From: an uncultured Candidatus Saccharibacteria bacterium
GTDB lineage: Bacteria; Patescibacteriota; Saccharimonadia; Saccharimonadales; Saccharimonadaceae
DNA length: 64,000 nucleotides
Direction of reading: 5' to 3'
NCBI GenBank assembly: GCA_963526965.1
Contig: CAURPS010000003.1
Location: forward strand, 56,303 to 120,302
Position numbers and translations under genes: made by a program. Of this stretch, positions 39,149 to 47,163 are shown piece after piece (within the stretch, counting starts at the first letter, position 1; each line of letters opens with the position of its first letter). Under the pieces are notes generated by a model. That model did not search any database, had not been told where the DNA came from, and saw only the letters and a program-made list of their open reading frames with translations.

Positions 39149-40069
39149 TTATTCTTTGGCTTTGATGCGTGTGATGTTGGCTTCTGTAGCCGCTTTGGCG
39201 CGCTTTTTCGTCGACTTTTTCTTGGCAGGCGTTGTAATATCTACTTCATCAGCAATTGCTTCAAGCTCTTGCTTATCTTTACGGAGGAGATATGACTGCT
39301 GCGCTACCGCTACTAGGTTAGATGCCGTGTAGTAGAGCGCCAACGCCCCTGGCAGACCCATCATGATCATAAACATCATCACTGGCATAAACTTCGCCAT
39401 ATTGCGCATCATTGCGGCGTTCATCTCGGCAGGGTCAGCCTCTTTGCCAGCGGCCGTCTCCTTCATGATGTCGCGGAAACGCTTGGCACTCTTACCGGTT
39501 GGCATAGTTTGCTTAGTCATCACATACTGGGTGAGAGCCGAGATGATTGCGAGAGCGAGGAGCGGCCAGACAATGCCATCCTTGCCAAGCGCTACCTTGG
39601 TGAGGTCGATAAAGCCCAGCATGGTGTGATTAAACTGTTCAGGGTGGTGAATGATCGTCTTGATGGCATCGATATTCTTGAGCGGCTCGTAGATGTAGCG
39701 TGCCACTTGGTCGCGGTGGAGCGAGATGATCATAATCACCTGGTAGAGGCCAATGAAGATCGGAATCTGAATGAAGAGCAGGAGAATCGAGCGAAATGGC
39801 TTGATACCGTACTTCTTATACAGTTCCATCTGCTGCATCGCTTCTACTTGGCGGTTGCCATTAGCTGCTTTCTTAATCTTGGCGAGCTCAGGCTGCATCT
39901 TGCGCATCTGTTTGCTCTGGTGGAGCTGCCGCTTGAGCAGTGGGTAGAGCAAAAAGCGAATGATAACCGTAAAGATAATCACCGCCACGCCAAAGTCACC
40001 ACCAGGGATGATACTATAGATAAGCAAAAGTGCGTTAAAAATGGGCTGTAAAATTATTGTCTCAAACAT
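39149..40069 (-). CDS. yidC: membrane protein insertase YidC (short, monoderm type)
   Basis: MFETIILQPIFNALLLIY ... PLLKRQLHQSKQMRKMQPELAKIKK. I chose the ATG at 40069 because GGAG lies 6 nt upstream; the ATG at 40111 overlaps a TACAAT -10 box. Confidence 0.9.
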   Translation of the reverse strand: MFETIILQPIFNALLLIYSIIPGGDFGVAVIIFTVIIRFLLYPLLKRQLHQSKQMRKMQPELAKIKKAANGNRQVEAMQQMELYKKYGIKPFRSILLLFIQIPIFIGLYQVIMIISLHRDQVARYIYEPLKNIDAIKTIIHHPEQFNHTMLGFIDLTKVALGKDGIVWPLLALAIISALTQYVMTKQTMPTGKSAKRFRDIMKETAAGKEADPAEMNAAMMRNMAKFMPVMMFMIMMGLPGALALYYTASNLVAVAQQSYLLRKDKQELEAIADEVDITTPAKKKSTKKRAKAATEANITRIKAKE

Positions 40070-40380
40070 ATTCACTCCGATTACTGCATTTATTGTATCA
40101 TAGGTGGCCACGGAAGATGAATTGTGGCGAAGTATTTTTGGAAATCAATCGTTGATATATGCGATACACTACTGCCAATACTACATATAAGAGTATTTAT
40201 AACCTTAGAAAAGAACACTCACCTAGCTTGCCTTTCATTGGTATAGAATGACAAGAAAAGAATTTTTTATAAATGTTTTGAGTTCTATTTACCACTGTTT
40301 ATACAGAACTATTTGGCATTGATTTGACTCAAAGTACTATGAAGTAGGTCGCGCAAAGAAGACTGAAAGGATATAAGATT

Positions 40381-40767
40381 TTATTCTGCCTTATCTCTTT
40401 CATCACTTGGCGTTGCGTCGCCAGGGCAAATACCAGCTCGCACAAGGAGATTTTTTACCACCAGCGCAAGCTCATCGTGCGGCGTGGTAAGGACTTCGCT
40501 TGAGGTGATGATTAGTGCAACGTCGTACACCCCTGTAAAGTACGGCACGTGCTGGCGTAGAATCTCATAGACGCGGCGGCGAATGCGGTTGCGCCCCACC
40601 GCAGATTTGTGCACCTTTTTGCTCACCACCACGGCAATGCGTGGCATGCGCCGACGGCGATTAGCTACGTATTTGACGGTCAGCAGGCGCGAACGCTCGG
40701 CACTCGCATGGCGATACAAATAGCGTAGCCCGCCATAGCCATGAAACCGATATCGTTGCTGTAACAT
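40381..40767 (-). CDS. rnpA: ribonuclease P protein component
   Basis: 128 aa, basic. VSKKVHKSAVGRNRIRRRVYEILR is the RnpA signature. Sits between rpmH and yidC. Confidence 0.85.
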   Translation of the reverse strand: MLQQRYRFHGYGGLRYLYRHASAERSRLLTVKYVANRRRRMPRIAVVVSKKVHKSAVGRNRIRRRVYEILRQHVPYFTGVYDVALIITSSEVLTTPHDELALVVKNLLVRAGICPGDATPSDERDKAE

Positions 40768-40799
40768 AGCTGTATTATAGCAAATCTACCCGCAAGCAG

Positions 40800-40832
40800 A
40801 GATAAAATAACCCACCAAGCAGTGGGTTATTT
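40800..40832 (-). terminator. hairpin/attenuator between rpmH and rnpA
   Basis: 10-bp stem AATAACCCAC / GTGGGTTATT with a 6-nt loop, followed on the minus strand by TTTTAT. Confidence 0.5.
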
Positions 40833-40854
40833 TCGTCATTTTGCTATCATCTCA

Positions 40855-40995
40855 CTACGAGAGTGCGAGGCGAGCGCGGCCCTTGGCGCGGCGGCGCTTG
40901 AGCACATTGCGGCCTGCCTTGGTGGCAATCCGTGCCCGAAACCCGTGCGTCCGAGCACGATGACGAGTGTGTGGTTGGTGAGTTCGTTTTGGCAT
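40855..40995 (-). CDS. rpmH: 50S ribosomal protein L34
   Basis: Not in the ORF track because it is under 60 aa. My hand translation is [46 protein letters not shown], stop TAG at 40855-40857. Confidence 0.92.
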   Translation of the reverse strand: MPKRTHQPHTRHRARTHGFRARIATKAGRNVLKRRRAKGRARLALS

Positions 40996-41097
40996 ATCAT
41001 TGCTATTATACGCGATTGCTCCAGATCTTTCAACTTTTCACTCGCTTGGTGGATTTTGTGCTCCGAGCAACCTCCGTCATAAGCATAGCCAAATTGT

Positions 41098-41222
41098 TTA
41101 TCCACATTTGTTCGCGAGTTATCCACACTTTAACAGAGGTAATGCATTTTTGTGGAAAAACTCCACCCCTGTTGCTCTTCTTGCACTCATCCCGTTGTTG
41201 TATTTCTCACGGTTGTGGAAAA
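41098..41222. promoter_or_regulatory. DnaA-box cluster in the rpmH-dnaA intergenic region (dnaA promoter / oriC part 1)
   Basis: Perfect TTATCCACA at 41098-41106 and 41119-41127. TGTGGAAAA at 41151-41159 and 41214-41222. Confidence 0.7.
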
Positions 41223-41283
41223 GTCGGTTTTTTCTTATACTAAAAGGAGTCATTGTATAACAAACAAGGAGTAGCAAAAGCCA

Positions 41284-42672
41284 GTGTACCACAGCCTGTG
41301 GAAGAGTGTTTTGGGTGAGATTGAAGTGTCGATACCAAGCGGTATTTTTTCGACGTGGTTTGCCAATACCGAGATGCTCAGCAATAAAGACGGGGTGATC
41401 ACCATTGGCGTAGCGAATATCTTTGCGATTCGCCAGTTTGAGGTGCGCTATGATAGCATCGTCAAAGAAGCGCTCCAGCATAGTGGTGTGGAGGTGTCGC
41501 GCATCGCTTATGTGGTAAACAAACACGGCAAAAAACGCACCGTCATTAGCCGCGAAACCACTGGCCAGCCAGCCGACCGCGTCGAGGAACGAGCGGCGGC
41601 GCTCATCAGCAAGCCAACTACCTCATCACACTCTAGCTCTAGCTCTACCACACCAGCAACCAGCCTCAATGCGCGCTATACCTTCCAGAATTTCATTGTC
41701 GGCTCGAGCAACGACCTCGCCTACACCGCCTGCCAAGCGGTCGCACATAGCCCTGGTACGAAGTATAATCCCCTCTTCATCTACGGTGGCGTCGGTCTCG
41801 GTAAGACACACCTCATCCAAGCGGTAGGCAACGAGATCCTTGCGCGCGACCCAAGCAAGAAGGTCGCCTATCTGAGCTCGGAGACGTTTGTCAAAGAATT
41901 TATCGAGTCGATCCGTTTCAAAAAGGCTGGCTTTTCTGACCGGTATCGCAATGTCGATGTACTGATCGTCGACGACATGCAATTTATTGCTGGGCGTGAG
42001 AAGACCCAAGAGGAGTTCTTTCACACCTTCAATGCCCTCCATCAGGCTAATAAGCAAATTATCATCGGTAGCGACAAGCCACCACACAGCATCCCTACCC
42101 TGACGGAGCGCTTGCGCAGTCGCTTTGAATGGGGGATGGCGATCGATATCCAGATGCCCGACTTTGAGACGCGGTGCGCGATCGTCGAGACCAAAGCGAG
42201 CTTCGCTGGCGTGACACTTGAGCGCGACACCGTGGAATACCTGGCTAAGAACGTCAAGACAAATATCCGCGAGCTCGAGGGTGCGCTTAATCAACTTCTT
42301 GCTTATGCTGAGATGCGCGGCGTCGCTCCTGACGTAATGACAGCGGAGGGTTTGCTTGGTAACGTCCGGCGTAGTCGCCCCCAACACCTTACTGCCAAGC
42401 AGATTATCGACAAAACTGCCCGCCATTTCCAGATCGATAGCAAAGAAATCTGTGGTGCTAAGCGGGCTAAGCATATCGTTGTACCGCGGCAGATTGCCAT
42501 GTATTTACTGCGCAGCGAGCTCCATATGAGCTTCCCACAAATTGCCAATGAGCTGGGCCGCAAAGACCACACGACCGCCATCCATTCAGTCGAAAAAATC
42601 GAAAAGTCCATCAAGCTTGACTACCTCATCCGTGAGCAGGTCGCTGACATCCGGGATAAGCTCTATGCCTAG
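41284..42672 (+). CDS. dnaA: chromosomal replication initiator protein DnaA
   Basis: 462 aa with a GTG start. Walker A GGVGLGKTHL, the AAA+ domain, and C-terminal DNA-binding KDHTTAIHSVEKI. Confidence 0.95.
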   Translation: MYHSLWKSVLGEIEVSIPSGIFSTWFANTEMLSNKDGVITIGVANIFAIRQFEVRYDSIVKEALQHSGVEVSRIAYVVNKHGKKRTVISRETTGQPADRVEERAAALISKPTTSSHSSSSSTTPATSLNARYTFQNFIVGSSNDLAYTACQAVAHSPGTKYNPLFIYGGVGLGKTHLIQAVGNEILARDPSKKVAYLSSETFVKEFIESIRFKKAGFSDRYRNVDVLIVDDMQFIAGREKTQEEFFHTFNALHQANKQIIIGSDKPPHSIPTLTERLRSRFEWGMAIDIQMPDFETRCAIVETKASFAGVTLERDTVEYLAKNVKTNIRELEGALNQLLAYAEMRGVAPDVMTAEGLLGNVRRSRPQHLTAKQIIDKTARHFQIDSKEICGAKRAKHIVVPRQIAMYLLRSELHMSFPQIANELGRKDHTTAIHSVEKIEKSIKLDYLIREQVADIRDKLYA

Positions 42673-42696
42673 GCCGTGTGTTTTTTTCGCGACGCC

Positions 42697-42950
42697 TGTG
42701 GAAAAGCCGTGTATAGTAAGCCGTATAACCAGCGGACAGCTCGTGGGCAGTCATCCACAGCACCAAGAGCGCACCGCCCTCCAGCCTTATTGGCTGGTGG
42801 ATAACCACCACTTCTCCCCGGCTTATCCACGCCAGCGATCGCAGCGTTTTGCACAAGTAGTGAGCAAGTCGTACCCCTGTTATTCATCATGGTTTCCACA
42901 GTATCCACAGCACCTATTACTATATCAACCATATAAAAGAAAGGATTGTA
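42697..42950. promoter_or_regulatory. DnaA-box cluster plus AT-rich stretch in the dnaA-dnaN intergenic region (oriC part 2)
   Basis: TGTGGAAAA 42697-42705, TCATCCACA 42751-42759, GGTGGATAA 42796-42804, TTATCCACG 42823-42831, GTTTCCACA 42892-42900, GTATCCACA 42901-42909. An AT-rich stretch ctattactatatcaaccatataaaagaaa follows. Confidence 0.7.
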
Positions 42951-42953
42951 GAT

Positions 42954-44054
42954 ATGAAACTGTCTGTCACACAAGAAAACCTTGCACGAGCGCTCGGGGT
43001 TGTCGGGCGAGTTGCGAGCAATCGAGCTGGCCTGCCGATCTTAAATAATATACTATTCCGCACCGAAGGTAATCGCCTTCTTCTCGCTGCGACGAACTTA
43101 GAGATTGCCGCTACCTATTATATTGGCGCAAAAGTAGAGACACCGGGGGTAATTACCCTGCCGGCTAAACTTGTGAGCGAATTTGTGGCGAATTTGCCGA
43201 AGGGGCCGATCGAGCTTGAGACCGATGGCGCGCGTATGACACTGACGTCTGGCGGGTACACTTCGACGATTAATGGCGTGGTAGCGGATGACTTTCCGGA
43301 GCTGCCGACGATTGATGAAGAACAATCGGTGCGCTATAGCATTGCCGCGGCGGACTTTAAGCAGGCGGCAGCGCAAACCTTGGTGACCTGTAGTAATGAT
43401 ACGACTCGGCCTGTCCTGACTGGCGTGTATTGGCACACAGTGGATGGTGCGCTGTATATGGCAGCGACGGATGGCTATCGCTTGGCTGAGCGGCGTTTGA
43501 TGGCAAGCCAGAGCCAGATTGCAGCCATTGTGCCAGCGAGCAGCCTGCAAGAAGTGCTGCGCTCGCTCAGTGACGGCACAGAAGAGGTGGAGGTGCTCTT
43601 TGACGAGACGCAGGTGCGCTTTCGGCTGGAGGAGGTAGAGATTACCAGCCGCTTAATTGATGGCACCTACCCAAATTATCGGCAGCTCATCCCTGCTCAG
43701 TCAGAGACAAATGTGATGCTGGCGGCACGCGATTTCTCACGCGTGGTAAAGGTGGCTGGGCTCTTTGCCCGGGAGTCTGGTGGCAGTGTCACGCTCACCG
43801 CTGACCATGAGGCGCAGAAATTGCGGATTCACTCCGTTGCGTCTGAGCTGGGCGAAAATACCTCCGAGGCAGAAGCTGAGGTGTCGAGTGATGGGCAAAT
43901 TACGCTCAATTCGCGGTACATTAGTGATGCACTAGGCGTTCTTGATGGTGAGACGATCACCTTCCGCTTTAGTGGCAAGCTCTCGCCCTGCGTCTTAACA
44001 GTCGCTCAGCCCGAGCCAAACTACATTCATATTATTATGCCACTGAAGAGCTAG
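42954..44054 (+). CDS. dnaN: DNA polymerase III beta sliding clamp
   Basis: 366 aa. MKLSVTQENLARAL ... YIHIIMPLKS is the typical DnaN N- and C-terminus. Confidence 0.95.
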   Translation: MKLSVTQENLARALGVVGRVASNRAGLPILNNILFRTEGNRLLLAATNLEIAATYYIGAKVETPGVITLPAKLVSEFVANLPKGPIELETDGARMTLTSGGYTSTINGVVADDFPELPTIDEEQSVRYSIAAADFKQAAAQTLVTCSNDTTRPVLTGVYWHTVDGALYMAATDGYRLAERRLMASQSQIAAIVPASSLQEVLRSLSDGTEEVEVLFDETQVRFRLEEVEITSRLIDGTYPNYRQLIPAQSETNVMLAARDFSRVVKVAGLFARESGGSVTLTADHEAQKLRIHSVASELGENTSEAEAEVSSDGQITLNSRYISDALGVLDGETITFRFSGKLSPCVLTVAQPEPNYIHIIMPLKS

Positions 44055-44056
44055 CG

Positions 44057-45055
44057 ATGAAGATAACACGGCTAGCAGTGCAGCATGTGCGAATCCATAC
44101 GCTCAAGACGCTTGACCTTGAGCCAGGCACAACGTTGATTTCTGGCCCAAATGGCTCTGGCAAGACATCACTTATCGAGGCGATCCATATTGCGCTGCGT
44201 GGTACCTCCTTTCGCGGTAGTGATGAATCGGTCTGTCAACATGAACAAAAAAATTATACAATCGATCTCGCGACGGATGAGCAACATTACCGCGTCCAGT
44301 ACGATCGCCGCCATGAGACGAAGCGCAAGCGTTTTATCGTTGATGGCACAACCTATGGTCGCCTTCCCTATGGCAAAAAATATCCGATCGTCCTCTTCGA
44401 GCCAGATACGCTGCGAATTATCACTGGCTCGCCGCAGCGTCGGCGCGATTTTCTTGATACACTCATCCAGCAATATGATGCACACTATAGCCACGAGCTG
44501 AGCCGCTACCACCGAGCACTACAACAACGCAATAAATTACTCAAAGACCCTACCCTCAGCGAGGCGGCACTTTTCTCGTGGAATCTTATCTTGAGTCAGT
44601 ATGGTGCGTCGATCATTGCCAAGCGCCAGCGGGTGCTACATTATCTTAGTGCAAAAAGCAGTGCTATGTACCAAAGTATTGCAGGCGTGGCGGATAGCGT
44701 TACGCTACACTACTCAGAGGAGCGCAGCATGACCGCGCAGCAACTCCTTGCCGAGTATGAGCAAAAAACGGCGTATGATACAGTGGTCGGCGCGACGAGT
44801 GTTGGGCCACACCGGCACGATATCACGGTGCTATTCCGAGGCAATCCGGCCGCCAAGACTGCATCCCGCGGTGAAATCCGCACCATTGTGCTCGCTCTCA
44901 AATTTCTCGAAGCAGCCTACATCCAGCAGCAAACAGGTCAAGCACCACTTATTCTACTCGACGATGTCTTTGGCGAGCTCGATCAGCAGCGCCAGCAGCG
45001 CCTCCTTAGCGAGTTCGTCGATAACCAGATCGTGATGACGAGTGCGGTGGGGTAG
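44057..45055 (+). CDS. recF: DNA replication and repair protein RecF
   Basis: 332 aa. Walker A GPNGSGKTS, SGGE-equivalent region ASRGEIRT, Walker B LILLDDV. Confidence 0.9.
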   Translation: MKITRLAVQHVRIHTLKTLDLEPGTTLISGPNGSGKTSLIEAIHIALRGTSFRGSDESVCQHEQKNYTIDLATDEQHYRVQYDRRHETKRKRFIVDGTTYGRLPYGKKYPIVLFEPDTLRIITGSPQRRRDFLDTLIQQYDAHYSHELSRYHRALQQRNKLLKDPTLSEAALFSWNLILSQYGASIIAKRQRVLHYLSAKSSAMYQSIAGVADSVTLHYSEERSMTAQQLLAEYEQKTAYDTVVGATSVGPHRHDITVLFRGNPAAKTASRGEIRTIVLALKFLEAAYIQQQTGQAPLILLDDVFGELDQQRQQRLLSEFVDNQIVMTSAVG

Positions 45056-45071
45056 GCTTCTAGGCTTCGCC

Positions 45072-45800
45072 TTATATATCAGTGTACATATAACACCATG
45101 GTGGGTTATTGCCGCCGCACGGAACAACACGCTTCTTTTCTAGCTCTTCGGCGGTGGGATATATTTTGCCATTGATTTTTATGTCGTATTTATCAATATC
45201 TTTGTCGTGTTTTTTAATATAGTTGAGGGCTTGGTCGACTTGCGATTGGCTCGTTTTGTCTGTTGTGACGATGCACACACCAAGCCGATTTGACCGGTCG
45301 GTCGTGCGGTATGGGTTGCAGGTAACAATATAAAACCAACGCGAGTAGTAAGGTAGTTTATTAATAAGAGGGCTCTCTTGAGATATCTTTGCTCCGCCTT
45401 GTGTTGCTTCGTGACCGCCGATTGCTTCGCGGATATCGTTGTATTTTTCCTTCTTCGCTTCTCTCTTTCCTTCCTCAGTTAGTGGATTCATGGCAAAGAA
45501 TAGCTTCTTTTCTTCGCCTGGCTTGAGGTCTAGCTTGACCTGGTGGTCGGCAAAGCCCTTAGCTCGGAATGTGTAGGTGTACGACCCGCTCTTTACGGCG
45601 TGCTTTGTCCGCGTTGTTACCTTTTGGTCTTTGATCGTATCATACGAGACAGTGAGGCTATCGGGGATAGCATAGACGAGGATAGTGCTATCGTATTTGA
45701 GATTATCAACAAAGCGATATATCGTAAAGGCAATCATGCCAACGGCAAGCAGGGCAAATAATGCGATAATTTGGTTACGTTTTTGATTGAGTATTTCCAT
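45072..45800 (-). CDS. membrane-anchored hypothetical protein (possible PEGA-like beta domain), last gene of the T4SS-like operon
   Basis: N-terminal TM IIALFALLAVGMIAFTIY. The beta-rich segment SGSYTYTFRAKGFADHQVKLDLKPGEEKK looks PEGA-like. Overlaps the upstream gene by 26 nt. Confidence 0.45.
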   Translation of the reverse strand: MEILNQKRNQIIALFALLAVGMIAFTIYRFVDNLKYDSTILVYAIPDSLTVSYDTIKDQKVTTRTKHAVKSGSYTYTFRAKGFADHQVKLDLKPGEEKKLFFAMNPLTEEGKREAKKEKYNDIREAIGGHEATQGGAKISQESPLINKLPYYSRWFYIVTCNPYRTTDRSNRLGVCIVTTDKTSQSQVDQALNYIKKHDKDIDKYDIKINGKIYPTAEELEKKRVVPCGGNNPPWCYMYTDI

Positions 45801-47163
45801 TGACTGTCCTCGCTAATACAACACCCGGGTTTCCAAGCATCCACTCGACTGTTCCTTGTTTAATGTAGGTTGGTGAGTAATCAAATTGCGATGCCTGTGC
45901 ACCAACAAATCCATTACCAAGGTCACCAGTATAGATAAGAGTATGACCTTGCCCATTATTATAAATTAGAATATCACCAGGTTGTAAGTCGGACATTCCA
46001 GGAGACTCTTTAGTATAGAATTTCTCTGGGTGGCTTAAGACATATGGGCGCTGAACTGCCGTTCCGGCTGGTGGATAATTCGGATCTGCCCCACTCATGC
46101 GCATCACTGTTGCAACGTATTTGCCGCAATCGGTGTAGTCACCACCCGCTTCTGGGTTATACTGCTGGCGGGCTTGTTTATACTCTGGTTTTGCACCATC
46201 ACTGTCGACATGTCGTCCATCCTCCCAGGCAAGACTCTTGGCCGTCTCGACGATTGATCCACCGGCGGCACTCTTGCTGCCGTTTGCGGTGCAGCCTGTG
46301 GCTGATGCATTTTGGGTGTTGGCGCCATTGTTATTGCCGCCTTCGACTTGGATTTGGGATGAAGGCGGAGATAAGTTCTCCTCTTTGACAATTTGCTCGA
46401 TCTTGTCGATATACTCAGTGACAGTCGAGACATACTGGCTGTCGGTCGCATAGCCAGCATTTTTGATCTCTTGGAGGTATTTGCGTGGGTCACCAGGGTA
46501 TTTGAGGGCTTCGCTATAGCGTGAGTTGCTGGTGATGAATTCGCCATAGCCAAGCCAGCCAGCCTCGACGGTAGGATATTTGCGGAAGCCATCGACGATT
46601 GTTGTTCGGCCAGAGGCGTATTCCTCCTCGGTCTCCATATCGATCACCTCACCCGACCAGTTCCCGCCAGCCTTGATACCATGGAAATTATTTGCCTTGA
46701 CGGTAAGTCCAGATTTGCCATAACCAGACTCAATAACCCCCTGAGCAAGAACTGTCTCGTATGGCGTGCCATACTTTTTGTTCGTTTCGACAGCCATCTT
46801 GACGTATTTGCGGACGAAGTCTTTGAGGTCTTCTGCCCCAGTGGCGCTACTACCATCGCTACTGCTGGTGCTGCTGGTAGAGCAGGTTGCTGCGTCGGGG
46901 TCGAAATGCTCGATATTGTTGCCAGAAAAGAACCCTGCATCTAGAGCTGAAGCAGGAGTTGATACGAGAGAAAACACTATCGCAAAAACAAGAGAGCTTA
47001 TTCGATAGATAGTTGTGCAGTGAGAAAAGAGTTGTGTTGATGGAGAAAAAAGAGACGAAAAGCGAAGCAGTTGTTGGTGGGTGTATATTTGGCAGCGAGT
47101 GACAAGCACACAAAGAGAGTAGAAACACTGAGCAAAAATAGCATGAGTCCACCGTATGATCAT
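45775..47163 (-). CDS. secreted two-domain peptidoglycan hydrolase: N-acetylglucosaminidase (FlgJ/LytD-type) + NlpC/P60- or CHAP-like cysteine peptidase
   Basis: YGTPYETVLAQGVIESGYGKSGLTVKANNFHGIKA is the glucosaminidase signature. The C-terminal DCGKYVATVM ... GDILIYNNGQGHTLIYTG gives a Cys...His papain-like pair. I chose the ATG at 47163 because of its ATGA overlap with the upstream stop; the start remains uncertain. Confidence 0.7.
   Translation of the reverse strand: MIIRWTHAIFAQCFYSLCVLVTRCQIYTHQQLLRFSSLFSPSTQLFSHCTTIYRISSLVFAIVFSLVSTPASALDAGFFSGNNIEHFDPDAATCSTSSTSSSDGSSATGAEDLKDFVRKYVKMAVETNKKYGTPYETVLAQGVIESGYGKSGLTVKANNFHGIKAGGNWSGEVIDMETEEEYASGRTTIVDGFRKYPTVEAGWLGYGEFITSNSRYSEALKYPGDPRKYLQEIKNAGYATDSQYVSTVTEYIDKIEQIVKEENLSPPSSQIQVEGGNNNGANTQNASATGCTANGSKSAAGGSIVETAKSLAWEDGRHVDSDGAKPEYKQARQQYNPEAGGDYTDCGKYVATVMRMSGADPNYPPAGTAVQRPYVLSHPEKFYTKESPGMSDLQPGDILIYNNGQGHTLIYTGDLGNGFVGAQASQFDYSPTYIKQGTVEWMLGNPGVVLARTVNGNTQSKT

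Noticed and set aside
40112-40380. Expected yidD (membrane protein insertion efficiency factor) between rnpA and yidC.
   Set aside because: No ORF of suitable size exists on the minus strand. The 270-bp AT-rich spacer holds a TACAAT box and an SD for yidC. Absence of yidD is common enough not to be a finding.
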